Source of the DNA: Macrostomum lignano
Taxonomy: Eukaryota
Length of the DNA stretch: 64,000 nt
Direction of reading: 5' to 3'
NCBI GenBank assembly: GCA_002269645.1
Contig: NIVC01000460.1
Span: forward strand, 310,001 to 374,000
Below are positions 40,146-53,598 of this stretch, piece by piece. The notes below the pieces were generated by a model. That model ran no database searches. It was given only the letters and a program-made list of their open reading frames with translations, and was not told where the DNA came from. The position numbers and the translations under genes are program-made. Every line of letters begins with the position of its first letter. Position 1 is the first letter of the stretch.

Positions 40146-43100
40146 ATGAGCGGCGCTGCTAGCACAAGCGGCAACTGCATGCAGTCTCCGCAGCAGCTGC
40201 AGAAGCAGCAGCAACATCAACAACAGCAGCAACAGCAAAAGCTGTCCGGCAGCAGCGGCGAAGACATGGACGGCTTGGCCGCAGCCTATGAGCGTCTGGC
40301 TGTGCGGTTCAACCAGCTGGAGGCCGCATACAACCAGCTGCGTCCTGCGGCCGCCGCTGCCGCCGCCGCATCCTCGTCATCTACGGCGCCTCTGCCAGCC
40401 TGTTTCCGATCAACGGCGATTGACAGCTCGACTGGCGCTAGCGCTTGCAGCGATCACGAATCGTCAAATAATTTGGCTTCGTCAGCTGGTGCGCAGGCAG
40501 CAGCTGCCGCCGCTGCGTCGTCGTCTGCGTCGGCGCTTCCCGCCTCGCCGACATCTCCCGGCGCGTCGACTGTTGCTAAGCCAAATCTGCAGCAGCAGCA
40601 CGGGGGTATGCCGTTGCTTAGTAATAAGCCGGTTAGTCTGCTCCTAGAAGAGATTGAACGGCTTAGGGAAAGGGCTGAACGAGCAGAGAGTCTGGCGGCG
40701 GCCTGGGAACGGCAGGCTGGTCACACTATTGAACAGCTGGAGCTGCTGGGCAGTCAGCTGGAGGAGTTGCACACGGCTGCACTTGGCGCCGGATCAGAAG
40801 GTGGCAGGGCCTGTCGGATGTTGGAAGCTGGGCTGTCCGGTCTGCGCAGGCTGGTTAGTGGTCAGAGGGCCCTGCTGGACAAGCTAGTGCTGCGCGAGTC
40901 TGCCCGATTTCAGCAGCAGCAGCAGCAGCAACAGATGATGCAACAGCAGAGAAGACGGAGGCGCGTACCCGATTCGCCAGCGGAGTTAGTTTTTTGCGTT
41001 TTTTAAGAACAGTGGTTGGTGTCTGGCCTGTCTTATTTAATGAGATATTTTTTGGTTTTCAAGTGGTGCACGCGTGTATTTTTGTTAGGGGTTGGCATCG
41101 AGGCATTTTTATTGGTTGATTTGGTGTATTTTAGGGTTGGAACTGGCGTGTTTTTATTAGGGGGTGAGATTAGTGTGATTATTAGAGAGTGACGTTGGTG
41201 TGTTTTATGAGGGGGTGAGGTTGGTGTTTTATTAGGGGTGAGGGTGGTGTGTTTTATGAGGGGTGAGGGTGGTGTGTTTTGTGAGGGGTGAGGGGTGAGG
41301 GGGGTGATTTTATTAAGGGGTGAGGTTGGTGTGTTTTATTAGGGGGTGAGGTTGGTGTGTCTTATTAAGGGGTGAGGTTGGTGTGTTTTATTAAGGGGTG
41401 AGGTTGGTGTGTTTTATTAAGGGGTGAGGTTAGTGTGTTTTATTAAGGGGTGAGGTTGATGTGTTTTATTAAGGGGTGAGGTTAGTGTGTTTTATTAGGG
41501 GTGAGGTTGGTGTGTTTTATTAAGGGGTGAGGTTGGTGTGTTTTATTAAGGGGTGAGGTTAGTGTGTTTTATTAGGGGTGAGGTTGGTGTGTTTTATTAA
41601 GGGGTGAGGTTGGTGTGTTTTATTAAGGGGTGAGGTTAGTGTGTTTTATTAGGGGTGAGGTTGGTGTGTTTTATTAAGGGGTCAGGTTGGTGTGTTTTTT
41701 TAAGGGGTGAGGTTGGTGTGTTTTATTAAGGGGTGAGGTTAGTGTGTTTTATTAGGGGTGAGGTTGGTGTGTTTTATTAAGGGGTGAGGTTGGTATTTTT
41801 TATTAAGGGGTGAGGTTGGTGTGTCTTATGAGGGGTAGGTATGTAGAGTTGTTTTTAGACAATTGTGATTGGCTTATTATCCTCACCGTGTCCTTGTGAG
41901 GACTCAGTAGATGTGATTATCGTCCTTCCTCGGCTGCAGCTGTGCATAGAAATTCTAAGTAAGCAACTGTACCAAAATCAACTCAGGGAAGCGGAGGCCG
42001 ACATGGACGGCGGCGACAGTCCTGCCGATCTGGGCCGTCAGCAGCAGCAACAACCGCAACAACAGCTCAAGAAGCTGCGCTGTCGAAAGCGGCATCATCA
42101 TCAGCAGCAGCAGCATCGCTACGCCGATGAAGACAACAACGAGGCCGATCTCGATGACGAGTTGGACAACGAGGACGACCATCTGGATGGCGAGGACGAC
42201 GACGAGGTCATCGAGTACATTCAGCCGGATGGGGCGGCAGCGGCATCCGCGTCCGCCGATGGCGGCTCATCGCACTACGATAATTATGGAGGCGGCGACG
42301 GTGGCAACAGCGACAACTGGAGCCGTTGGATGCTGGCTCCGTCTTCGAGCCTGCTGCCGCGGACGGATTCTCTGGATCATCTGCGCGAGGACGATGACGA
42401 TTACCGGGGATTCGGCGAGGCCGGGGCCGCGGCGAACTTTAACAGCTACGGGGTTCAGGTGAGATGAAGTGCTTAGCCCTACCGTCTGCAGCTAAAGTGT
42501 CTGTCACTGCAGTGCCTAAACATCTGTAGTGTCTGTCACTGCAGTGCCTAAATATCCGTAATGTCTGTCACTGCAGTGCCTAAATATCTGTAGTGTCTGT
42601 CACTGCAGTGCCTAAATATCCGTAATGTCTGTCACTGCAGTGCCTAAATATCCGTAATGTCTGTCACTGCAGTGCCTAAATATCCGTAATGTCTGTCACT
42701 GCAGTGCCTAAATATCCGTAATGTCTGTCACTGCAGTGCCTAAATATCTGTAGTGTCTGTCACTGCAGTGCCTAAATATCTGTAGTGTCTGTCACTGCAG
42801 TGCCTAAATATCCGTAATGTCTGTCACTGCAGTGCCTAAATATCCGTAGTGTCTGTCACTGCAGTGCCTAAATATCTGTAGTGTCTGTCACTGCAGTGCC
42901 TAAATATCTGTAGTGTCTGTCACTGCAGTGCCTAAATATCTGTAATGTCTGTCACTGCAGTGCCTAAATATCTGTAGTGTCTGTCACTGCAGTGCCTAAA
43001 TATCTGTAGTGTCTGTCACTGCAGTGCCTAAATATCTGTAGTGTCTGTCACTGCAGTGCCTAAATATCTGTAGTGTCTGTCACTGCAGTGCCTAAATATC

Positions 43101-45729
43101 TGTAATGTCTGTCACTGCAGTGCCTAAATATCTGTAGTGTCTGTCACTGCAGTGCCTAAATATCTGTAATGTCTGTCACTGCAGTGCCTAAATATCTGTA
43201 GTGTCTGTCACTGCAGTGCCTAAATATCTGTAGTGTCTGTCACTGCAGTGCCTAAATATCTGTAGTGTCTGTCACTGAAGTGCCTAAATATCCGTAGTGT
43301 CTGTCACTGAAGTGCCTAAATATCCGTAGTGTCTGTCACTGCAGTGCCTAAATATCTGTAGTGTCTGTCACTGCAGTGCCTAAATATCCGTAATGTCTGT
43401 CACTGCAGTGCCTAAATATCCGTAGTGTCTGTCACTGCAGTGCCTAAATATCTGTAGTGTCTGTCACTGCAGTGCCTAAATATCTGTAGTGTCTGTCACT
43501 GCAGTGCCTAAATATCTGTAGTGTCTGTCACTGCAGTGCCTAAATATCTGTAATGTCTGTCACTGCAGTGCCTAAATATCTGTAGTGTCTGTCACTGCAG
43601 TGCCTAAATATCTGTAGTGTCTGTCACTGCAGTGCCTAAATATCCGTAATGTCTGTCACTGCAGTGCCTAAATATCCGTAGTGTCTGTCACTGCAGTGCC
43701 TAAATATCTGTAGTGTCTGTCACTGCAGTGCCTAAATATCTGTAGTGTCTGTCACTGCAGTGCCTAAATATCTGTAGTGTCTGTCACTGCAGTGCCTAAA
43801 TATCCGTAATGTCTGTCACTGCAGTGCCTAAATATCCGTAGTGTCTGTCACTGCAGTGCCTAAATATCTGTAGTGTCTGTCACTGCAGTGCCTAAATATC
43901 TGTAGTGTCTGTCACTGCAGTGCCTAAATATCTGTAATGTCTGTCACTGCAGTGCCTAAATATCTGTAGTGTCTGTCACTGCAGTGCCTAAATATCTGTA
44001 GTGTCTGTCACTGCAGTGCCTAAATATCTGTAGTGTCTGTCACTGCAGTGCCGAAATATCTGTAGTGTCTGTCACTGCAGTGCCTAAATATCTGTAATGT
44101 CTGTCACTGCAGTGCCTAAATATCTGTAGTGTCTGTCACTGCAGTGCCTAAATATCTGTAATGTCTGTCACTGCAGTGCCTAAATATCTGTAGTGTCTGT
44201 CACTGCAGTGCCTAAATATCTGTAGTGTCTGTCACTGCAGTGCCTAAATATCTGTAGTGTCTGTCACTGAAGTGCCTAAATATCCGTAGTGTCTGTCACT
44301 GAAGTGCCTAAATATCCGTAGTGTCTGTCACTGCAGTGCCTAAATATCTGTAGTGTCTGTCACTGCAGTGCCTAAATATCCGTAATGTCTGTCACTGCAG
44401 TGCCTAAATATCCGTAGTGTCTGTCACTGCAGTGCCTAAATATCTGTAGTGTCTGTCACTGCAGTGCCTAAATATCTGTAGTGTCTGTCACTGCAGTGCC
44501 TAAATATCTGTAGTGTCTGTCACTGCAGTGCCTAAATATCTGTAATGTCTGTCACTGCAGTGCCTAAATATCTGTAGTGTCTGTCACTGCAGTGCCTAAA
44601 TATCTGTAGTGTCTGTCACTGCAGTGCCTAAATATCCGTAATGTCTGTCACTGCAGTGCCTAAATATCCGTAGTGTCTGTCACTGCAGTGCCTAAATATC
44701 TGTAGTGTCTGTCACTGCAGTGCCTAAATATCTGTAGTGTCTGTCACTGAAGTGCCTAAATATCTGTAATGTCTGTCACTGCAGTGCCTAAATATCCGTA
44801 GTGTCTGTCACTGCAGTGCCTAAATATCTGTAGTGTCTGTCACTGCAGTGCCTAAATATCTGTAGTGTCTGTCACTGCAGTGCCTAAATATCTGTAGTGT
44901 CTGTCACTGCAGTGCCTAAATATCTGTAATGTCTGTCACTGCAGTGCCTAAATATCTGTAGTGTCTGTCACTGCAGTGCCTAAATATCTGTAATGTCTGT
45001 CACTGCAGTGCCTAAATATCTGTAGTGTCTGTCACTGCAGTGCCTAAATATCTGTAGTGTCTGTCACTGCAGTGCCTAAATATCTGTAGTGTCTGTCACT
45101 GCAGTGCCTAAATATCTGTAGTGTCTGTCACTGAAGTGCCTAAATATCTGTAATGTCTGTCACTGCAGTGCCTAAATATCCGTAGTGTCTGTCACTGCAG
45201 TGCCTAAATATCTGTAGTGTCTGTCACTGCAGTGCCTAAATATCTGTAGTGTCTGTCACTGCAGTGCCTAAATATCTGTAGTGTCTGTCACTGAAGTGCC
45301 TAAATATCTGTAGTGTCTGTCACTGCAGTGCCTAAATATCCGTAGTGTCTGTCACTGCAGTGCCTAAATATCTGTAGTGTCTGTCACTGAAGTGCAGCGA
45401 CCATCGCTAACCGCTCGCAGGGCCTGGAGACACGCCACTACAACTCAGTTGACGACATGCGCGCCTGGCTCGCTGCTGGCGCTTCAGGAGGCGGCGGCGG
45501 TTTCCAAGGCTTTGCCGACGATGTTACGCTTGATGAAGAAGTCAGCCGCTGTCTTCGTCAACAACAGCATCAGCAGCAGCAACATCATCTAATGATGGAG
45601 ACAGACTCAGCTTCCGGCTGCGGCTCTGGCGAACGTATGCGCTGCCCTGTGTGCGGTCTGAGCATGCCGCCGAATGGTGACTTGTCAGCATTTAATTTGC
45701 ACGTGAACAGCCACTTTGCGGACGATTAA
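40146..45729 (+). CDS. Coiled-coil adaptor with C-terminal UBZ1-type zinc finger (TANK/TAX1BP1-like); exons about 40146-40984, about 41986-42458, 45421-45729
   Basis: N-terminal LAAAYERL coiled coil, central coiled coil and acidic region. Final CPVC-x(13)-HVNSHF finger. The second intron junctions are phase 0 compatible; the exon 1-2 junction is tentative. Confidence 0.7.
41140..41835. repeat. Intronic 26-bp minisatellite (GGGGTGAGGTTGGTGTGTTTTATTAA)n
   Basis: Visible. Confidence 0.95.
42495..45395. repeat. Intronic 32-bp satellite (GTGTCTGTCACTGCAGTGCCTAAATATCTGTA)n, about 90 copies
   Basis: 32-bp period, no spacers; contains the palindrome CACTGCAGTG. Confidence 0.98.
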
Positions 45730-45971
45730 AAAGGGCCCGATTTCCCTGCTGAAAAATGTTCAATGTGGGTTTTATTCTAGCGCATAGCAACTACATATCC
45801 TAGTTGCTTTGCTTTTTGCAGCCCATTTGGGCCTACATGCATTGAATTTAATCCAAGATATGCGCATTTAATTTGGTCCAACAAGCATCAGTTTGGTCCA
45901 GACGCTTCATTTGCAAGCGATCGAAACACTCGACAGAGTTGAACGCCCAAAGAACATTGCAAGGTTGCTCA

Positions 45972-46205
45972 ATGTCAAGGCTAGAGCCTCAGGTCCAACT
46001 GCTACTCGATGCAATTGAGACGAACCTTTTGTTGACGTTGCAGAAAATGCAGCAGAAGTTTAAGGAACAGTTCCAGTTGGTTGTCAGATTGTTGGTACAG
46101 ACGCTGACATTACCAGCAGTACGCAACAACCTGCAGACGGTTGCAAGAAGGCAAGAGTTGTACCGATTGGCTCACGAGTGTTTGGATCAGATTGATGTTT
46201 GTTGA
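45972..46205 (+). CDS. Possible small helical protein or exon
   Basis: Open Leu/Gln-rich frame MSRLEPQVQLLLDAIE... with no recognisable family. Confidence 0.25.
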   Translation: MSRLEPQVQLLLDAIETNLLLTLQKMQQKFKEQFQLVVRLLVQTLTLPAVRNNLQTVARRQELYRLAHECLDQIDVC

Positions 46206-47871
46206 ACCAAATTAAATGCCATAGACAAAAGCTCCATTACTTTGGCAAGCATATCTTGGATTAACTTCAATGCGGTTTAGGCCCAAATAGGCTGCTAAGA
46301 GCTGTACTATAATAAATATATACGATTTTTCTTTACTATGCATAACGTGCTTAAAAACACTAGCAAGTTAGGGCGGCTGTACACCCTTTGTGAGCGTGTG
46401 CTTAGCTGTGCGTATGACTGCGTACTGCTCTGTGGAGTCGGCGGAATAATGGGCAGCAATGCCTCTTGTCAGTTGTGTGTGCACACAGCCTATAATTAGT
46501 GCTTATATATTGTTGACTTGCCGCTTATTGGCATGGATTGGCTCAGACACTATGCCTGCTATATAGATTTTAGTTTGAGAACTTCTACAGGGGGGATTAT
46601 CGTGGTCCTTTTTTAATATTTGTTCCGAGCTTTATTTAATTCGTATATTGATGGTAATTGTCTAAATAGGGTAAAGATTTGTATTGAGCATGTTAAATTT
46701 GTTGTCATCACGTGAGCTTTCACTTCTTTCAAACGTCTATCTGTACAAGTGCATTCTGGTAGCGAATCAACCGAGCGCTTGTTTGCTTGCTAATTTCAGC
46801 TGCCTGAGTCGTTTCTTGCTTACTTGTTATTTATTCATGCGAAGGTATATGCTATCTGACAGATAAAGAACCACTAATTATCTGGGCTTATAAATATTTG
46901 CTACAGCAATCCAGTCCTGTGTATTATTGGTCAATTTTCGTAATCGTTATCCTTGAATGTTTCTACTTTCAAATCCATTTATTGGTGGTTTCAAATGTAA
47001 TTTTCAACTGGCAGTGCTCGTATGCATAAATAAATAAATATCTACATATACACTTGTTTACGACTGCTTAATTTTTTATAACAGCTGAGTTCTTGTTACT
47101 TTTCTTTAAAAAGACTGACTGTCCAAGGCAAAATATAGCATTTTTTATTTTGCTTAATAATTTGAGCATTTACTTAGAGACACTGTCAATCATACAATAA
47201 ATGTATGTTATTACTTTCGTCTATGGTCAAAACACCGTCGATGGTCTATGGCACACGGACGGACAGAGCATTGAATTTAAGACACAGAGTTGGCGTTCCA
47301 TGGTACCGCATAGGATCGCGGAGTCAGGCGTGGATGTCATCACACGGTTGCCAAGGGTGCACACTGCGCTTCCTGCCTCTATGCTTGGTCCCTGACATCG
47401 TCTGATTGAGCGCGCATGTGGTCTGACAGTTTAGTCACAGTTGCAGTTTCAGACTTTTTCGCCATGTGCATCACAAAATTCTAATTTACTTTATCGCCTG
47501 TTCATTTTCTGTCACAAAATGCACATTTTTGTCTAATGGTTCTGAGTTTAAAGTCCGAATTCAAGTGGTTGATGTCTTGAATTTAGTGTTCTCCTCAAAC
47601 CGAGTTTTGGCTATAGATAATTGTCGAAGCATGGGTTGAAGCAGGGACTACTTCAGCATATAAACGACACTTGAGTAGTCCATACATGTAGGTTGAATAT
47701 GGTTGGCTGTGTCTTGAATTTTATTCTTAACTAAAAATGAAAAAAATCTAAATACCCCATGGTAGCTAGTTTAGAGTTCTACTGCTAAGTAATAGGGCTT
47801 CTCACTTAGTTTCGTTATTATATACATGTAGTTGTTCAACGGCTTAATTTTGAAACGACCTCCGATTGCGC

Positions 47872-48276
47872 CACAGATACTAAAATAACTAGATGGGCCA
47901 CTCAGGCATATATACTTAGCAAAACAGGCTTTCTACTTTTAGTTCAGTAGCAAAGAAGAATACATACGCTATTTTTAGAAAAAGCAGCTGAAATGACTGA
48001 TAAGTTTAGAAGCCCAAGCTTGCAGGCGTAAACAACTTGCTAATTGGTTCAGCAATGTACATTAGCCAGTCCAGTGAAATGTACATGGCAGCTTTAGCAA
48101 TAAAATTGGGGCGGGGCGGGGGTTAGTGTGAAAAGGCGAGGCGCGGTTGGAGATTTTAATCGGGGAGTAAGAGCCATATAAGGTATATAAGGCATATAAG
48201 GTAAGAGCAACTGAAAGTACGAGTAGCTTGCACGCAAATGTGCTGAGTGGCCCATCTAGTTATTCTAGTATCTGTG
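47872..48276. mobile_element. hAT-like MITE (405 bp)
   Basis: About 34-bp TIR CACAGATACTAAAATAACTAGATGGGCCACTCAG. 8-bp TSD GATTGCGC at 47864-47871 and 48277-48284. Confidence 0.88.
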
Positions 48277-48572
48277 GATTGCGCCAAGTCGTGCTGTTTT
48301 CTGAATCCGTTTGCATAACCACGACATGCCTGCATGGCAAGTTCTTATGATGTTTTCTTATTATTAGAACTTGCATGCGTGCGGCTTCCGTGCAAACTCG
48401 CTTTTTATAGATAAGCAGAACGATAATCAGAGTTGCATGTATAGCTATCGTTTATCTTTGGACGATGATGCGTTTAACTATTTAGACTGTCCTTCAGAAG
48501 CATTGATATAAACATGCATCTTCAAAGGGTAAGATACTCCCAGTAGACTCGAGTATACAACAGCCGCTTAAA

Positions 48573-50024
48573 ATGGTTCCACTCGAACAAACAGAAGCCA
48601 CTCGACTCATTGAAGATTCCAACGGCAGCACCAGCCGGCGGATTGTTCCGATTATTAATAAATCTATCGCTCTTCTGCTTGCTATGAAATTGGTCGGCAA
48701 CGTTCTTGAGTACCAGCTGGCCTACTTCAACATTGACGCTTACATGCAATACCACCAGAATAGCAGCAACTGCCAGCGCGTGCCGTGCTCGCAGAAAAGC
48801 AACGCGTACAGCAACAGCCTGGTGTTGGGCGCTGCATTTGTGCTATCGACCCTTAGCGGCCTGATATCCGATCGGTTTCTTGGCTGCGTTCGCGTCCTCG
48901 TCGCCGGTTGCATCATCCAGTTGTGGGCGTCTGTTTTGTTCCCGATGCTGATCAGGACGTCGCTTCTGTGCCAGAGTCGCGCTTGGTACTATGCAATCGC
49001 TGCTAGTATGACATTATCACTAGGCCTGGTTGATCCCCTCCTGCTGTACGCCATCATGCAGCACACAAACGGGCCGCGATCTAGACGGTTTATATTGTTT
49101 TCATACTTTGTTGCTGCCGCGGGAACCGAGTGCCTTGGCTGTTTGCCGGCTATACTGAGGTACGTGACGCAGGAGTCGGGAGTAGCCGATAACTTTGATT
49201 TTATTGGAATCGTGTTTAGCGCGCTGCTAGTTGCGTGCGTGTTCTTCCTAGCCAAAGATGAAAACGTTTGTGACAGACTGCGAACTGAAAACTTCGAGTT
49301 TCCACGACTGAAAAGGCTTCGAAGATATTACATTGCTGTTGCAGGCTTTATTCCATTCACGACGGTCATTATCTTGTGTAGAAATGTTTTTTATTTGACC
49401 GAGATCAAATACTATGCTAAGTATACTGATGAAAATGTGAATTACGCCATCACCATCGGGAGCTATCAGTTGGCTACTGTTGTCTTCAGCCTGCTCGGAG
49501 CAGCTGCTGCGGCGGCTAGAAAGTTCCCTCGCTGTCTGACGATTCGTATTCGAATCCAGTTGGGTCTCGGTCTCTTGCTAGCTTGCAAGATCATACTGTT
49601 CGTGGCGTCATTCTTTCATTGTGAATTATCAAATCTTGGTGAAAGTCACCCGATAGCTATTCAAGGCGCCTATTTTGTGGCCGGATTCATCGACGGACTA
49701 GCCAACTCGCTGACCGACGTGGCCATGTACGAACTGGTCGACTGCATTGCGGAGAGTTGCGCCCGAGCTATGTACTTGGGGATATTCTACACAACGTGGG
49801 GCTTGGGCCTCATGCTAGTGGGTATTGTTGTTAAAGTCTTAAAGTTTCTTCCATCAGAGGGTCACGACATGATTCCGGGGCCTGATGGATTGCCGCACTT
49901 CTATATCAGATATGCAATTGTCATTGGTCTTCTATTAATGTGCATGGGCTACTATTTTAAAGTAGCCTTACCGTTTGCGGAGCCCTTATGTTCAAGCGAT
50001 GAATCGGATCAAGAATTTGACTAA
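48573..50024 (+). CDS. Intronless MFS transporter, SLC15/POT (PTR2)-like, 483 aa
   Basis: About 11-12 hydrophobic segments. The LSGLISDRFLG motif after the second helix is POT-like. No canonical ExxER motif. Confidence 0.75.
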   Translation: MVPLEQTEATRLIEDSNGSTSRRIVPIINKSIALLLAMKLVGNVLEYQLAYFNIDAYMQYHQNSSNCQRVPCSQKSNAYSNSLVLGAAFVLSTLSGLISDRFLGCVRVLVAGCIIQLWASVLFPMLIRTSLLCQSRAWYYAIAASMTLSLGLVDPLLLYAIMQHTNGPRSRRFILFSYFVAAAGTECLGCLPAILRYVTQESGVADNFDFIGIVFSALLVACVFFLAKDENVCDRLRTENFEFPRLKRLRRYYIAVAGFIPFTTVIILCRNVFYLTEIKYYAKYTDENVNYAITIGSYQLATVVFSLLGAAAAAARKFPRCLTIRIRIQLGLGLLLACKIILFVASFFHCELSNLGESHPIAIQGAYFVAGFIDGLANSLTDVAMYELVDCIAESCARAMYLGIFYTTWGLGLMLVGIVVKVLKFLPSEGHDMIPGPDGLPHFYIRYAIVIGLLLMCMGYYFKVALPFAEPLCSSDESDQEFD

Positions 50025-52364
50025 TTTTGCATTATTAATCATCAAATGGATCTCAAAACAAAAATGTTTGCATGTAATTTTTTTCGCCTTGTCAGACCAT
50101 CATATGTCCGAATTTAGAAAAGTAAAAAAAGTCCGCGCGCTACTTTATCCTCGGATTTTAGATGTCATAGTTTGGATATGCACGCGGCATCACGAATTTT
50201 GCCTGTATAAAAACAAGACAGATTGGAGTCGGCAGAGCATTTATGAACAATGTAATATAGCTGCATCTAAAAAGCAAATTTACTGACAAGGGTACGCGCG
50301 TTCGTTCCAATTGCTTCAAGGAAATAATAATTCAAAGGCCTTTGAATCAAATTTAATTCAAATTTGTGCCCGCTGTCGAATTTAAAAGCCCGTCAGTTGC
50401 TTCTGGTTTGTGCCATAGAGACTAGCCAGCATTCTCTGGGCTTTGCTTAACTCTGTGTCCAAATTAAAAGCCCTCAGTCCAAAGTAGAACGCAAAAAGCT
50501 ATAATAACAACACCTATTTAATTCAAGAAAGACTTAATTCTTTGTTTTGAATGCTTGTTGCTTCAATCAATAAATTTAAGATACGTACACTTTCTGAGTT
50601 TTGCAGACAATATTATAAATAAATAATTTCACAAGTTTTTGCATTATGGATAGCGGACCAGGTACTAATGTTTATTTCTTACTAAACAAGCGGTTTGTTG
50701 TAATCAAAAAGTAATATTGTCGTGTGCTTCGTCGAAAAATTCAAATGTGAATGTATTTCGTAAAATGAACAAATGTTGTCAACTTGTCGTTGTCATCGAT
50801 CTATCTCTGCAAGGCCTGAGGCCGAATCATCTGATTCTTGAATTGATGTGTGTTTTATACTAGCTCTAAGGTTATATGCTAATAAAATTTTATGCTTGTA
50901 TCTGTCACTGTTTATAATTAACAAGCATGGTTGATTGGCTGGCTAATGCGTGGGCACGTGGCTGGCTGGCTATTAATAAAAGTAACAAGTAAACAATGTT
51001 GATTTCTTGCTTTGAAGACTAAGGGGACTTGAGAGTCGAGAGATTCTTGTTTATAAACTTTTTTGATGTTGCTTATTATATTCGATTATGTGTGTTGCTT
51101 ATCAACATTGCTGAAATAAAATTTATGTGAAATCTTGTCCGTTCATTAAAATGTTGTTATGTATCTTGTAAATTAATACTCAATAGTGAAAGTAATGACT
51201 AATGTTAATAAATTATACATATTAAATATTTGAAGTTCAATATATTATAAAGTTTTTTTACATAATGATTGAAATTAAATATTGAGCTTAGTAAAGTATG
51301 TCCATTATTAAAGATGATAGTAGATTAGCCCAGGTTTATTTAATTTTTGTTTTCAATTTTTAACTAATAAATAGATATCAAAAGAAGTTAAATAATAAAG
51401 ATAAATGATAAAATAAGATTTAAATTAATCAACTTGAAAAATTAGGTCAAACTGGTATAGTATATCTTTATAGTATAATAAATCAAATTGACTAATAATC
51501 AAAAGTAAATTAACATTACAGTATTTTTGTTCCTAAAAAAGCTGAGACCCTGGAATCTACCATAGTCATCAATTTTTGCCAATTTTGGCATTAATTATAA
51601 TCGTTGATTGGCTTGTGATTTAGGGTTAGTTTTTGCTATTCTGTATTAACTGATTGTTAGGTCATTCATACTCTGTCTAGGGTTGTCCCCCGTTTATATT
51701 TAACTCACTGGTATTGAAATAGAAAGTGTGGGGGTAGCCTACTAACTGTCTAACTGATGATAAAAATAGCACGCGTGAGCAACAATCAAAGGTAGAATGC
51801 TAACTCTTCAATTTATGGTTAGCTAGCTAAGCTAAGTTAGCTATTCTCCTGCTTGCAAGTTTTGATCATTTCATGCATTTCACTAGTCTCCGCTTCATTT
51901 GATTGTTTCTACGTTTAATATTATAGTTCAAATTAGTTATGAGTATTGGTGATTTATCCGTTTAAAATCTGGAATCCTAGATTATGATAAACTGTGATTG
52001 ATCTTGTGATTGAACTGGATTATAGTGCGCCATGTTGATTTATACTTGATTGATTGATTGATTGCCGTGTATTGGATTCATTCATTTGTTTATTGAAATA
52101 TTTAAAATTGGCGCGTTCACATTTTCTTCTTTATTCTATATCCATTTCAACTTTTAAATCCAACACCTAATTAAATTCTTCAGTCTTTTTCTTTCCCCTG
52201 TACTTTCAAGCCACCCACCAAACCTCAACTCCGCGGTCACTTACCCCCCTCCACTGCTCACCACTCTGCCCCCAAAAGCCCCAACCCCCCACCCCCCTTT
52301 ATCCTCTCGCCCGCCTGGCCCCTGGCCCTACCGCCTAACACTGTACTTTCATTGATCGATCGAA

Positions 52365-53590
52365 ACCACTGTGACAGTGGTGACTGGTGATGTGACATTA
52401 TATGCTGGTGAAGTGACCATGTTGACTGGTGATGTGACTCTATTGACTGGTGATGTGACCTTATGTGCTAGTGATGTGCCCATAGTGACTGGTGATGTGA
52501 CCTTGTTGACTGGTGATGTGACCATGTTGACTGGTGATGTGACCTTATGGGCTGGTGATGTGACCATGTTGACTGGTGATATGACCTTGTTGACTGGTGA
52601 TATGACCATGTTGACTGGTGATGTGACCATGTTGACTGGTGATGTGACCATGTTGACTGTTGATGTGACCATGTTGACTAGTGATGTGACCTTGTTGACT
52701 GGTGATATGACCATGTTGACTAGTGATGTGACCTTATGGGCTGGTGATGTGACCATGTTGACTGGTGATGTGACCATGTGGACTGGTGATGCGACCATGT
52801 TGACTATTGATGTGACCCTGTGGACTGGTGATGTGACCATGTTGACTGGTGATGTGACCATGTTGACTGGTGATGTGACCTTATGGGCTGGTGATGTGAC
52901 CTTGTTGACTGGTGATGTGACCATGTTGACTGGTGATGTGACCTTATGGGCTGGTGATGTGACCATGTTGACTGGTGATGTGACCTTGTTGACTGGTGAT
53001 ATGACCATGTTGACTGGTGATATGACCTTATGGGCTGGTGATGTGACCTTGTTGACTGGTGATATGACCATGTTGACTGGTGATGTGACCTTATGGGCTG
53101 GTGATATGACCATGTTGACTGGTGATGTGACCATGTTGACTGGTGATGTGACCATGTTGACTGTTGATGTGACCATGTTGACTAGTGATGTGACCTTGTT
53201 GACTGGTGATATGACCATGTTGACTGGTGATGTGACCTTATGGGCTGGTGATGTGACCATGTTGACTAGTGATGTGACCTTGTTGACTGGTGATATGACC
53301 ATGTTGACTGGTGATATGACCATGTTGACTGTTGATGTGACCCTGTGGACTGGTGATATGACCATGTTGACTGGTGATGTGACCTTATGGGCTGGTGATA
53401 TGACCATGTTGACTGGTGATGTGACCTTGTTGACTGGTGATATGACCATGTTGACTGGTGATGTGACCTTATGGGCTGGTGATATGACCATGTTGACTGG
53501 TGATGTGACCTTGTTGACTGGTGATGTGACCATGTTGACTGTTAATGTGACCCTGTGGACTGGTCACTGGTGATGTGACCATGATGACTG
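52365..53590. repeat. 21-bp minisatellite (GTGACCATGTTGACTGGTGAT)n, about 57 copies
   Basis: Visible; one frame is open on each strand. Confidence 0.97.
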
Positions 53591-53598
53591 GATTAACT

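Noticed and set aside
42495-45395. CRISPR-like 32-bp palindromic repeat array
   Set aside because: The units are head-to-tail with no unique spacers, there are no cas genes, and it lies in a spliceosomal intron.
40146-50024. Functional immune cluster (TANK-like adaptor plus SLC15-like transporter)
   Set aside because: Adjacency alone is not evidence in a eukaryote, and both family assignments are tentative.
52349-53573. About 400-aa ORFs on both strands (GDVTMLT / VTSPVNM repeats) as a beta-solenoid or antifreeze-like protein
   Set aside because: The 21-bp consensus simply lacks stops in those frames. There is no signal peptide, unique domain or splice context.
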